Below the pieces are notes generated by a model. The model was not told where the DNA came from, did not search any database, and saw only the letters and a program-made list of their open reading frames with translations. The translations under genes were made by a program, and so were the position numbers. Positions 27,063 through 36,209 of a DNA stretch of 64,000 bases are shown piece after piece (within the stretch, counting starts at the first letter, position 1; every line of letters begins with the position of its first letter). The stretch is from Patescibacteria group bacterium (GTDB lineage Bacteria > Patescibacteriota > Minisyncoccia > Phycocordibacterales > Phycocordibacteraceae), in the NCBI GenBank assembly GCA_040388985.1, contig JAZKAU010000001.1, positions 123,359 through 187,358 on the forward strand, written 5' to 3'.

Positions 27063-28139
27063 ATGGCAAAGAACTACTACGAGATCCTGGGACTCGACAA
27101 GAAGGCGACGAAAGAGGACGTGAAGAAGGCGTTCCGTAAGCTTGCGCAGAAGCATCATCCTGACAAAGGAGGCGACGAAGCGAGATTCAAAGAGATAACG
27201 GAGGCGTACAGCACGCTCTCCGACGAGAAGAAACGGAAGGAGTATGACAACTATGGCCAGACGTTCGCAGGAGGCGGACCACAGGGGCAAGGCGGAAATC
27301 CGTTCGGCGGCTTCGACTTCAGCGGATTCCAGAACGGCGGTGTCGAATTCGATATATCTGACCTGTTCGGCGGCGGCTTTGGCGACATCTTCGGAGGACG
27401 CGGCGGCTCTCGCGTACAGCGCGGGCGCGATATTTCCATAGACATCGAAGTATCCTTCAAGGAGGCGATACTGGGCGGCAAGCGCGAAGTGCTTATCACG
27501 AAAGTCGGCAAGTGCGATGTCTGCAAGGGTGACGGCGCGAAGCCTGGAACGGAGCTCGAGACCTGCAAGACCTGCAACGGTGCGGGCAAGGTCCACGAGA
27601 CGCGCGACTCTATTCTCGGCGCGTTCTCAAGCGTGCGCACGTGCCCGACCTGCGACGGCAGCGGTAAGATCCCGAAGGAAGCCTGCGACGCTTGTAAGGG
27701 GCGCGGCGTCCTGCGTAAGCAGGAAGAGATAAAGGTGAATATTCCTGCCGGTATCGACGGAGGAGAGATGATCCGCATGCCAGGGCTGGGCGAGGCGGTG
27801 AAGGGAGGCGTATCCGGAGATCTCTATGTAAAGGTTCACGTGAAGCCGCATCCGGTCTTCCGCAAGGACGGTCTCAATCTTGTCATGCAGGCACCCCTCA
27901 AGCTCACCGATGCGCTCCTCGGTACGACCATCTCCGTCACCACCATCGACGACAAAACGCTCGACGTGAAAGTGCCCCCTATGAGCGCGACCGAAGAGAC
28001 GCTCCGTATCCGCGGCAGGGGCGTGGCAAGCGATCACGGCCATGGCGATCTGCTCATCCGCCTTTCCGCGACCCTTCCGAAAAAACTCTCAGGCAAGGCA
28101 AGAAAGGCTATAGAGGAGCTCAGGACAGAAGGTTTCTAG
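27063..28139 (+). CDS. dnaJ: Molecular chaperone DnaJ
   Basis: J-domain with HPD (KHHPDKGG), a Gly/Phe-rich linker, and four CxxCxGxG zinc-finger repeats. Confidence 0.9.
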   Translation: MAKNYYEILGLDKKATKEDVKKAFRKLAQKHHPDKGGDEARFKEITEAYSTLSDEKKRKEYDNYGQTFAGGGPQGQGGNPFGGFDFSGFQNGGVEFDISDLFGGGFGDIFGGRGGSRVQRGRDISIDIEVSFKEAILGGKREVLITKVGKCDVCKGDGAKPGTELETCKTCNGAGKVHETRDSILGAFSSVRTCPTCDGSGKIPKEACDACKGRGVLRKQEEIKVNIPAGIDGGEMIRMPGLGEAVKGGVSGDLYVKVHVKPHPVFRKDGLNLVMQAPLKLTDALLGTTISVTTIDDKTLDVKVPPMSATEETLRIRGRGVASDHGHGDLLIRLSATLPKKLSGKARKAIEELRTEGF

Positions 28140-28380
28140 AAGAGAAGCCGGACATATTACTTGATGTTCGAGAACAATAGGGCATACTATTTGTGACCGA
28201 AGAGAAGGGGACACGCGATGCTGAGAGTGTTTAGGAGACGTCATATCAGTACGTGGCGCCTTGTTTTCGAATCCAAATACGGAAGACGGTATTGGATCCG
28301 TAAACGATTGAAGGCAGGACCTAAGGCGGTGCACTTGCTTGATGGCTAAGCGCCGCTCTGTGCCCGCGGTCGATATCATG

Positions 28381-28412
28381 GCGACGCAGCTTTGTCTGCG
28401 TCGTTCCTTTTT
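28381..28412 (+). terminator. Hairpin with T-run, 240 nt downstream of dnaJ
   Basis: GCGACGCAG ctttgt CTGCGTCG ttccttttt. Confidence 0.45.
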
Positions 28413-28511
28413 GAAGTTAGGATATATTGCCCAAGCAGTATCGGCTGTCTTCGTGCCCAATCCACTGACTCGCTTTGCTCCTACGTGCATTGGGGCGCAT
28501 ACTAGTACTAT

Positions 28512-29030
28512 ATGGATATCGTCACGAACGTGAGCGCAATCGCGACAAGCGGCGTCGCGAGCGTATGGCTCTGGGTTGGGAACTTCGTGGTACTCCTCGT
28601 ACTAACCCTCATCATGCTGGCATTCTCGTACCGTGCGGGACGGGGAGGTCTCGTCTCGCTCCTCATGGCCTTCTATGCGGGGTATGCCATCTATATAGTA
28701 TTCCCGTACACGAGCGGGCTTGTCGCCGCGGGCGATACTAAGCTCATCAAGGCCATCATCAGCATCATCATCTATGCAGTCTGCACCTTCATTCCGTTCC
28801 ACTTCATACGCCGGCTTACGGGGCATGGTCTGGGATCTATGTTCTTCGTTCCCCGCCTCGTCCTGTCCTTCCTCTCAGCTGCCTTTTTGCTTTCGCTCGC
28901 ATACCACGTCTTTCACGTCAGCAATATCTATACGTTTCCGGGTCCTATAAATAACCTGTTCGCACCGAACGAATTCTTCTTCTGGTGGTTTATTGCGCCA
29001 CTGGTCGGCTTACTTATCTTCGTACGCTGA
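28512..29030 (+). CDS. Hypothetical polytopic membrane protein (172 aa)
   Basis: About five hydrophobic helices. No recognisable family from sequence alone. Confidence 0.5.
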   Translation: MDIVTNVSAIATSGVASVWLWVGNFVVLLVLTLIMLAFSYRAGRGGLVSLLMAFYAGYAIYIVFPYTSGLVAAGDTKLIKAIISIIIYAVCTFIPFHFIRRLTGHGLGSMFFVPRLVLSFLSAAFLLSLAYHVFHVSNIYTFPGPINNLFAPNEFFFWWFIAPLVGLLIFVR

Positions 29031-29183
29031 GAAAGCTCCTAAAATACTCATATGCTGCGTTGCGGGTCCCTGCTCGCTCCTCCGCCGTACGCCCTCAGTA
29101 CGTCTCCGTTGCTCGCTCTCCCGCGCCTTGCCTCTGAGCATTTATAGAAGCTTTCTCTTGCTACGACGTGATATAGTGCCTTC

Positions 29184-30416
29184 ATGAATCTGGCTGACGA
29201 CTTGAAGGCTCGCGGGCTCATCGAGCACACGAGCGCAGAACTGGAGACGATACTGGCCGAGAAGCGCACGGTGTACCTGGGCGTCGACCCTTCAGCCGAC
29301 TCCATGCAGGCAGGGAATCTGGTCGTGGTGCTTCTCATGAAGCGGCTTGCTGACGCAGGTCATCGAATTATCCTTCTGGTGGGTGGCGGTACCGGCATGA
29401 TCGGAGACCCGAAAGAGAAAGGTGAACGTCCGCTTGCAGATTCGAAGACCGTCGCGCGCAACAAGCGAGCTATCAAGGCGCAGATGCAGCAAGTGCTAGG
29501 ACGCCGTATCACGGTCGTCGACAACGCCGACTGGCTTCTCAAGATCAAGCTCGTCGACTTCCTGCGCGATATCGGGAAGCACTTCACGGTGAACGAGTTG
29601 GTGAAGCGCGACATCATTAAGCGACGACTGGACAATCCAGACGACAGTATTTCATACACTGAATTCGCCTACTCGCTGCTCCAGGGCTATGATTATCTTG
29701 TTTTAAATCAGAAATACGGCGTGAATCTGCAGATAGGCGCGAGCGATCAATGGGTGAATATCCTCTCAGGCGTTGAGCTCATCCGTCGCAAGCTCGGGAA
29801 GGAAGCATTCGCGCTTACCTGTCCGCTCGTGACTGACGCGTCGGGTAAGAAATTCGGTAAGTCCGAAGGTAACGCGGTATGGCTTGCCGCTCTGAAGACG
29901 TCTCCGTACGCCTTCTACCAGTTCTGGCTCAATCAGCCCGACGAAGTGGTAGGGAAGTACCTAAAGTTCTACACGTTCATGAGCGTGCAGGAGATAGACA
30001 TGCTGGTCGAGCTTCACAGTCGCAATCCCGGACGTCGCGAGGCGCAGAAGACCCTTGCGCGCCTCGTCACCGAGATCGTGCATGGTAGCGACGCCGCAGC
30101 GCGCAGCATCGCCGTTTCCGAAGCGCTGTTCGGCGAGCGTCCGCTCTCAGCCCTTACTCCGAGTGAACGGATCGTACTCTTAAGCGACGCGCCATCGGCA
30201 AGGGTCTTCCTTGGTGATTCTGTCATTGATACGCTCGTCACTACCGGACTCTCCTCGTCAAAGGCGGATGCCCGGCGCCTTATAGAAGGGAAGGGCGTAT
30301 CCATAAATGGTTCGGGTGTCGAGGCTGCGGGTGCAGTACTCGATGAGAGCCACTTCGATGGCGGCCTGGCGCTCATGAAGCGTGGCAAGCAGGTGGCCGT
30401 GCTCAGTATCGGATAG
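29184..30416 (+). CDS. tyrS: Tyrosine--tRNA ligase with a degenerate HIGH motif (SMQAGN in place of SLHLGH)
   Basis: LGVDPSADSMQAGNLVVVLLMKRLADAGHRIILLVGGGTGMIGDP aligns to the TyrRS HIGH region. KFGKS (the KMSKS motif) is present. A C-terminal S4-like domain is present, and the cognate tRNA-Tyr is immediately downstream. Confidence 0.75.
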   Translation: MNLADDLKARGLIEHTSAELETILAEKRTVYLGVDPSADSMQAGNLVVVLLMKRLADAGHRIILLVGGGTGMIGDPKEKGERPLADSKTVARNKRAIKAQMQQVLGRRITVVDNADWLLKIKLVDFLRDIGKHFTVNELVKRDIIKRRLDNPDDSISYTEFAYSLLQGYDYLVLNQKYGVNLQIGASDQWVNILSGVELIRRKLGKEAFALTCPLVTDASGKKFGKSEGNAVWLAALKTSPYAFYQFWLNQPDEVVGKYLKFYTFMSVQEIDMLVELHSRNPGRREAQKTLARLVTEIVHGSDAAARSIAVSEALFGERPLSALTPSERIVLLSDAPSARVFLGDSVIDTLVTTGLSSSKADARRLIEGKGVSINGSGVEAAGAVLDESHFDGGLALMKRGKQVAVLSIG

Positions 30417-30455
30417 TCTGGAAAAGCAGCGTTCAAGCTGGTATACTCGCCCTAC

Positions 30456-30542
30456 GCGTCGGTGGCAGAGTGGTCAATTGCAGGAGACTGTAAATCTCCC
30501 GGACATAGTCCTACGTAGGTTCGAACCCTACCCGGCGCACCA
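30456..30542 (+). tRNA. tRNA-Tyr (anticodon GTA), class II with long variable arm, 3' CCA encoded
   Basis: Acceptor GCGTCGG/CCGGCGC with one G-U pair. Anticodon stem GGAGA/TCTCC with loop CTGTAAA. T-arm GTAGG ttcgaac CCTAC. Discriminator A, then CCA. Confidence 0.8.
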
Positions 30543-30588
30543 AAATGAAGGAGCCTCGAGCGAAAGCTCGGGGCGACTATCATTTTAT

Positions 30589-30607
30589 GCGCCGGGTAGG
30601 GTTCGAA
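30589..30607 (+). repeat. Inverted 19-nt copy of the tRNA-Tyr 3' end; an 11-nt direct copy lies at 30702-30712
   Basis: GCGCCGGGTAGGGTTCGAA is the reverse complement of tRNA nt 30520-30538. CGAACCCTACC recurs in direct orientation about 180 nt downstream. A GNRA hairpin (CCTCGAGC gaaa GCTCGGGG) lies at 30554-30573 between them. Confidence 0.55.
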
Positions 30608-30779
30608 AGCCGCAGCCGGTATACAAGACGAGTCCTCGAGTGCTTGTCGGCGAGGCGGGGTCGCGCATACTTAGGAGCGGAGCGAGTTAGTAAAGCGTGA
30701 CCGAACCCTACCGATTAAGGCATCTCCCGTTTCTTCTATTTCTATCCTAATCTCGTATACTGAAACCATCTCCTCCGCC

Positions 30780-32882
30780 ATGCGCAAAAGTCTCTCCCTC
30801 ATACTCCTCACAGCAATTATCTTCCCGATCCTGCCAGCGGTAGCAGATGAAGGCACGGTCGTCCCAGCCGAAGCAGTGGCGACGACAACTATTGCAGCGG
30901 CTGTCGAAGACACTTCCACTACTCCGGTCGTCGCCGCAGACACTCCGGTCGCGCCATCGCCCGCTATCGATATTGCTCCGGTCGATGAAATGCCCGGACC
31001 GACCGAGGAACTTCTCGTCAAGTTCAGAGATTCGGTAGACATCGATACGAAGGCAGGCTCAAGTACGGCAAGCGCACTCGCTACCCAGGCAGGTGGCGTA
31101 ATCTCAGACGTACTATCCGGCGCAAACTCAGCGGTCGTGAGCGTGCCAGCGGGCAGTCTTACGGACGCCGCGGATATGCTTGAGGCGAATCCGTCAGTCG
31201 AATACGCAGAACCCAACTACGACCGCGGTGCCTTTTCCATACCGACTAATGACACGTTCCGCGATCGTCTCTGGGCCCTTGAGAATACTGGGCAAAGCGT
31301 GAACGGCACGACAGGCACGACAGGGGACGACATCGATGCGCTCGGTGCCTGGAATCTCTCGCTTGGCACGTCGACCATCGTCGCCGTCATCGATAGCGGC
31401 GTACTCTATACGCATCCGGACCTTGCATCAGATATGTGGGACGGGACGAGCTGTCTTGATGAGAACGGAAGCGCACTCGGCAATTGTCTTCACGGGTACG
31501 ACTTCGCGGATAGTGATAAGGATCCGTTACCCGTTGCCACGTCGACGTCGTTTGCTCACGGTACGCACGTCGCAGGCACCATCGCCGCCGCACGTAATAA
31601 TGGCACAGGCATTATAGGTGTAGCGCCAAGCGCAAAGATCATGGCCGTACGCTTCGCCTTCGATACGGCAAGCGAAGTGAAGGCCATCGACTTCGCGCGA
31701 GAGAACGGCGCGAAGATAATCAACGCCAGCTACGGCGGCACTACGTTCTCACAGGAAGAGCATGACGCCATTCAACGCTTCACTGACCAAGGAGGCATCT
31801 TTGTGGCCGCAGCAGGGAACAGCTCAGGCAATAGCGACACCACTCCGATATACCCCGCAGCCTATGACCTTCCGGGTATCATAAGCGTTGCGGCTACCGA
31901 CCAGAACGATACGCTCGCATCCTTCTCGAATTACGGCTCAACTACTATCGACCTGGGAGCGCCCGGCGTGAACATCGCGAGCACGTATACGGACGCGAGC
32001 TCTTCAGCTATCTACGCCTTCGCTGACGGGACCTCTATGGCGGCTCCGCACGTTGCAGGCGTCGCAGCACTTATCGAGAGCCTCTACGCAAGCTCCACTG
32101 CTTCACAAGTGAAAGATGACATCCTTGTAAGCGGCGACGCTGACAGCGTGCTTTCGGGAAAGACGGTGAGCGGGAAGCGCCTGAATGCGCTGCGCGCGCT
32201 CCAGGCCGCAGGCGGCGCAGACTTCGTGCCGCCGGTCATTACGCTTACGGGATCTGCGAATATCAGCCTTACGGTAGGGAATACGTATACGGAGTTTGGA
32301 GCAACTGCTACTGACAACGTAGACGCGACGACAACGGTTGTTGTGGGTGGAGATACCGTGAACACGTCGAGCGCTGGCACCTACCACGTGACGTATGACG
32401 CTACCGACCTCGCAGGAAATCACGCAGCACAAGTCGTACGCACGGTAACGGTTTCAAACCCAGTCGTATCGTCCAGCGGTGGAGGTGGAGGGGGCGGTGG
32501 GGGAGGCGGAAGCCGCTCTTCAAGCTCAAGGAGGAAAAGTGGGACTTCCAGCAGCACGATTACGAAGGTACCCTCGCCTGCCGTGTCCGTAAATCTCGCA
32601 CGGCCTGCCCTGACTACACCCGGGACCGTTCCGCCAGCTCCATCTATTCCGGCAGCTCCAGCCTTCATCTATACGCGCCTTCTCACGGTCGGATCAACCG
32701 GACCTGACGTCACCGCGCTCCAACAAGCGCTCACTCGCGCCGGCGCCTACACCGGTCCCATCACCGGCTACTTCGGCCTGCTTACGCAGGCCGGCGTACG
32801 AGCGTACCAGACAGCACACGCCCTTCCACCAGTAGGCATTGTCGGCCCTATGACCCGCGCGCTTCTGAATCAGGGCATCTAA
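30780..32882 (+). CDS. Secreted S8 (subtilisin-like) serine peptidase with propeptide, Ig-like domain, poly-Gly linker and C-terminal peptidoglycan-binding domain
   Basis: Signal peptide present. The catalytic triad is in D, H, S order: VIDSG, HGTHVAG, GTSMAAPH. A G13 run sits at 32479-32511. The C-terminus STGPDVTALQQALTRAGAYTGPITGYFGLLTQAGVRAYQ resembles a PG_binding_1 repeat. Confidence 0.8.
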   Translation: MRKSLSLILLTAIIFPILPAVADEGTVVPAEAVATTTIAAAVEDTSTTPVVAADTPVAPSPAIDIAPVDEMPGPTEELLVKFRDSVDIDTKAGSSTASALATQAGGVISDVLSGANSAVVSVPAGSLTDAADMLEANPSVEYAEPNYDRGAFSIPTNDTFRDRLWALENTGQSVNGTTGTTGDDIDALGAWNLSLGTSTIVAVIDSGVLYTHPDLASDMWDGTSCLDENGSALGNCLHGYDFADSDKDPLPVATSTSFAHGTHVAGTIAAARNNGTGIIGVAPSAKIMAVRFAFDTASEVKAIDFARENGAKIINASYGGTTFSQEEHDAIQRFTDQGGIFVAAAGNSSGNSDTTPIYPAAYDLPGIISVAATDQNDTLASFSNYGSTTIDLGAPGVNIASTYTDASSSAIYAFADGTSMAAPHVAGVAALIESLYASSTASQVKDDILVSGDADSVLSGKTVSGKRLNALRALQAAGGADFVPPVITLTGSANISLTVGNTYTEFGATATDNVDATTTVVVGGDTVNTSSAGTYHVTYDATDLAGNHAAQVVRTVTVSNPVVSSSGGGGGGGGGGGSRSSSSRRKSGTSSSTITKVPSPAVSVNLARPALTTPGTVPPAPSIPAAPAFIYTRLLTVGSTGPDVTALQQALTRAGAYTGPITGYFGLLTQAGVRAYQTAHALPPVGIVGPMTRALLNQGI

Positions 32883-32978
32883 GACAACAACCAAAGATCT
32901 CTCTTGACGATGAATTAGACAGGAGTAGGGTGTAGGAGCGCCGTCAATGTGGACGGCACGAGACAGGAGTGTAGAGTC

Positions 32979-33101
32979 ATGGGTAAGAGCGCGGGTAGGG
33001 TTGTGGCCCTTATCGCCATTGTGTTGATCCTCGGGGGAGTTGTCGCCGCGCTCGGCGGCCCTCAGAAGATCATCAGCGAACTGACGAAGCCGAAGGAGTA
33101 G
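32979..33101 (+). CDS. Possible small single-TM protein (40 aa)
   Basis: AGGAG lies upstream of the ATG at 32979. Translates to MGKSAGRVVALIAIVLILGGVVAALGGPQKIISELTKPKE. A hairpin with T-run follows at about 33150-33195. Confidence 0.3.
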   Translation: MGKSAGRVVALIAIVLILGGVVAALGGPQKIISELTKPKE

Positions 33102-33309
33102 CGCAACGTCATGCGCTGAAAATAGCCAGCATCCCTGGCACACGGGCCCCCTTGAAACGGGGCCCGTTCCGCATCTACCTTTTTGTACCTTCATGAAGAT
33201 GACAGAATCCTATTCTTATCCTCTGGTAGTATTCCGCTTTCTCTGATAGCATATGAATGGCCTCTGGGGAGGCCAATTTGATTGAACACCTGTGTAGGGA
33301 ATGTTAGAA

Positions 33310-33546
33310 ATGGCAAAAACAAAGCCAATTGCTCGCAGCGGAAGCAAGGTCGTTGCTCTCCATCCGAACCGCGGAGAGGTGGAGCTCGTCCTCGGGAAGT
33401 CGAAGGGACGCATCCCTCCCGACACTCCCGTTGGGGAGGCGCTCTATGGGGCATCGCCCGGCGATACCCGCACTGTCCGAATGCAGGACGGCAGCGAATA
33501 TACCCTCGAGGTGACAAGCGTCACCCGTGCAAGGGCCGCGGCCTAA
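33310..33546 (+). CDS. Stand-alone GreA/GreB C-terminal (FKBP-like) domain protein (78 aa)
   Basis: SKVVALHPNRGEVELVL...PVGEALYGASPGDTRTVRMQDGSEYTLEVTSV follows the GreA C-terminal domain pattern. No N-terminal coiled-coil domain. AGGGA lies 9 nt before the ATG at 33310. A hairpin at about 33559-33590 follows the stop. Confidence 0.5.
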   Translation: MAKTKPIARSGSKVVALHPNRGEVELVLGKSKGRIPPDTPVGEALYGASPGDTRTVRMQDGSEYTLEVTSVTRARAAA

Positions 33547-33626
33547 GCGCCGCAATCCACCCCCTCCCTGCCACGACGGCGGGAGGGGGTTCGAATTTAC
33601 CCATATTTTCATGCTATCGTAGCTCT

Positions 33627-34583
33627 ATGGAATCTTCGAAACCTATCTCGCTTTCGGGTATAAAGCCCACCGGCACGCCGCATATCGGCAACTACTTCGG
33701 CGCGCTCAGGCAGTGGGTGGATTTTCAGCAGATGGGAAAGCATGACGGGTACTTCATGGTGGCTGACTATCACACACTCAATTTCATACAGGACGCGAAC
33801 AAGATGAGGGAGCTGACCCACGAGCTTACTCTTACGTTCCTTGCCATCGGCCTCGACCCGGAACGAGTGACCATCTTCAGGCAATCCGACGTCCCCCAGC
33901 ATACGGAGCTGGCCTGGGTATTCGATACGATAACGACGATGCCGTACCTCATGCGCGCGCACGCCTTCAAGGACGCGGAAGCTAAGGATAAGGAGATAAG
34001 CGTGGGCACCTTCAACTATCCGATGCTCATGGCAGCCGATATCCTGCTCTATGACACGGCGGTCGTACCTGTCGGACAGGACCAGATGCAGCACGTGGAA
34101 TACGCGCGCGATACGGCGCAGAAATTCAACCGAATCTTCGGCGACACGTTTATCCTGCCAGAGCATCACATCATGCCAGAAGTCGCCATCGTCCCGGGCA
34201 CGGACGGTCGCAAGATGAGCAAGAGCTACGGGAATACCATTCCGCTCTTTGCCGACCGCGCAGCCATCACAGAAGCCGTCATGGGCATTGTCACTGACTC
34301 CGGCGGTGGCCGGCCTGAGAACGTATACGCCATCCACCGGCTGCTCAAGTCCGAAGCCGAGCTTGAGTCGCTGTACCAGGAGCACGAAGGGAAGTACAAG
34401 GCTCTCAAAGAGGCGCTCATCGAGGATCTCGAGACCTTCATCGCCCCGATGCGGGAACGATACGAGACGCTTTCAAAGGACCCATCCGTCGTCCAGGGAG
34501 CATTAAGGAGAGGTGGTGAAAAGGCGCGCGCGAAAGCTGAAGCGAAGATGGAGTCAGTGCGTAAGGCCGTCGGCGTACGCTAA
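33627..34583 (+). CDS. trpS: Tryptophan--tRNA ligase
   Basis: GIKPTGTPHIGNYFGAL (HIGN-type HIGH motif), KMSKS as KMSKS, and a TrpRS-sized protein of about 318 aa. The ATG at 33627 is internal to the long track ORF, whose upstream part is Arg-rich non-coding-like. Confidence 0.85.
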   Translation: MESSKPISLSGIKPTGTPHIGNYFGALRQWVDFQQMGKHDGYFMVADYHTLNFIQDANKMRELTHELTLTFLAIGLDPERVTIFRQSDVPQHTELAWVFDTITTMPYLMRAHAFKDAEAKDKEISVGTFNYPMLMAADILLYDTAVVPVGQDQMQHVEYARDTAQKFNRIFGDTFILPEHHIMPEVAIVPGTDGRKMSKSYGNTIPLFADRAAITEAVMGIVTDSGGGRPENVYAIHRLLKSEAELESLYQEHEGKYKALKEALIEDLETFIAPMRERYETLSKDPSVVQGALRRGGEKARAKAEAKMESVRKAVGVR

Positions 34584-34657
34584 CGGGCAACGTTGGGCTG
34601 TATTGCGTAGTTATCACTACCGGACCGCTCTATCGAGTACTTGCGAGTGAGGTTTCA

Positions 34658-34819
34658 ATGCAAATCGAACCAAGCCCGCCTGCAGAGGGTAACGCTCCCG
34701 GTGCACCCGAAGAACAAGCAAGAAAGCCTGCCGGTACCCTCTGGGAACCGGTCTTCGGCGATAACCGCTCGTTCGACGAACTCATGCACGGGACTCCTGC
34801 CGCTCTGAGGACGCAATGA
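34658..34819 (+). CDS. Possible small ORF (53 aa), hypothetical
   Basis: GAGGT lies before the ATG. Translates to MQIEPSPPAEGNAPGAPEEQARKPAGTLWEPVFGDNRSFDELMHGTPAALRTQ. Weak evidence only. Confidence 0.25.
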   Translation: MQIEPSPPAEGNAPGAPEEQARKPAGTLWEPVFGDNRSFDELMHGTPAALRTQ

Positions 34820-34867
34820 CACGGCCTACCCTGATTTTCGGGGCGGGCCGTGCTATGTTGTATCCAT

Positions 34868-36196
34868 ATGCAGGAACGTATCTTGATAGGGGATCTGGGC
34901 TCTCACATAGGTGAAACGGTCGCGATCAGCGGCTGGGTGAACGTCAGACGTGACCAGGGCAAGCTCGTCTTCTTCGACTTTCGCGACCGCTCAGGAGTCG
35001 TGCAAGGAGTCGTACTACCCGGCGATGATGCGCTTATGGAGACTGCCAAAGAGGTACGGAACGAGTTCGTCGTACGCGTCGAAGGCATCGTAAACGCCCG
35101 TCCCGAACGCAACGTGCAGGCAGACAAGCAGAACGGGAATATCGAGCTTGAGGTAAAGGACATCGAGGTATTAGCTGAGGCCGACGTTCTTCCTTTCGCC
35201 ACTGATGCTGAATTGAATCTCGATACTCTTCTGGATAATCGACCACTTACGCTCCGAACACAGCGCAGTCGGGATATCTTCACCGTACAATCCACCATAG
35301 TAGACGCGTATCGTCGTGCACTGTATTCGCTCGAATTCACCGAGTTTCAAGCGCCAGCCCTTGTAGGAGGAGACGCGGAAGGCGGATCGGAAGTTTTCAA
35401 GGTCCAGTATTTCTACGATCAGACCGCCTATCTCGCTACGTCGCCGCAACTCTATAAGCAAATCATGGTGGGTGTCTTCGAACGCGTCTTTACTATCGCG
35501 CGGATCTTCCGAGCGGAGAAGAGCGCGACGACACGTCATCTTTCCGAGCTTACTCAGATGGACTTCGAGATGGGCTTCATTAAAGACGAGTTCGACGTCA
35601 TGGCGGCACTTGAGACTGTCATTCGTCAGGTAGTGGGAGAAGTCGCTGAAAAGCACGCTGGAGTATTCACGCGCTTCGGGATCGACGTGCCGGCCCTCGG
35701 GAAGAAATTCCCGATCCTTTCTCTTGCCGAAGCGCATCAGACACTCGGAGTAGAAGCAGAGGATGATATGACTCCCGAGCAGGAGCGCGCAATATGCGAG
35801 TGGGCGCTTAAGGAGCACGACTCCGATTTCGTATTCATTACGAAATTTCCGACGGCCGCGCGCGCCTTCTACACCATGTCTGAGGGCGCGACCTTGAGTC
35901 GAGGATTCGACCTCCTTTTCCGAGGGCTCGAGATAAACAGCGGGGCACAGCGCATACACAAGTATGATGAACTTGTCGCCCGTATCAAGGAGCGTGGTAT
36001 GGACCCAAACAAATTCTCCTTTTACCTGCAGGCATTCAAATACGGAATGCCGCCGCATGGCGGTTGCTCGACGGGACTCGAACGCTTCACTGCACGCATG
36101 CTGAAGCTCGGAAACGTAAAAGAAGCATCCCTTTTCCCACGCGACATGAACCGTATTGACACCCTTCTGTCTCAAAGTCCGATAGAAGAAGCGTAA
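34868..36196 (+). CDS. aspS: Aspartate--tRNA ligase, archaeal/eukaryotic type (about 443 aa; possibly non-discriminating)
   Basis: N-terminal OB-fold anticodon-binding domain. Class II motifs FRAE and GLERF are present. ATSPQLYKQ is the QSPQ flipping loop of AspRS. The size is typical of the short AspRS2 type. Confidence 0.8.
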   Translation: MQERILIGDLGSHIGETVAISGWVNVRRDQGKLVFFDFRDRSGVVQGVVLPGDDALMETAKEVRNEFVVRVEGIVNARPERNVQADKQNGNIELEVKDIEVLAEADVLPFATDAELNLDTLLDNRPLTLRTQRSRDIFTVQSTIVDAYRRALYSLEFTEFQAPALVGGDAEGGSEVFKVQYFYDQTAYLATSPQLYKQIMVGVFERVFTIARIFRAEKSATTRHLSELTQMDFEMGFIKDEFDVMAALETVIRQVVGEVAEKHAGVFTRFGIDVPALGKKFPILSLAEAHQTLGVEAEDDMTPEQERAICEWALKEHDSDFVFITKFPTAARAFYTMSEGATLSRGFDLLFRGLEINSGAQRIHKYDELVARIKERGMDPNKFSFYLQAFKYGMPPHGGCSTGLERFTARMLKLGNVKEASLFPRDMNRIDTLLSQSPIEEA

Positions 36197-36209
36197 TAAC
36201 GTATACCCT

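Noticed and set aside
28140-28510. Possible SRP/4.5S-like or other ncRNA in the 370-nt gap after dnaJ (GAAGG/AGGACC motifs)
   Set aside because: It does not match the conserved SRP domain IV sequence (AGGUCCGGAAGGAAGCAGC), and no convincing closing helix is present. It is more simply a long 3' UTR ending at the hairpin 28381-28412.
32479-32511. Run of GGN codons (GGTGGAGGTGGAGGGGGCGGTGGGGGAGGCGGA) as a possible DNA repeat or CRISPR-like feature
   Set aside because: It is in frame within the S8 protease gene and encodes a poly-Gly linker. There is no spacer-repeat architecture anywhere in the window.
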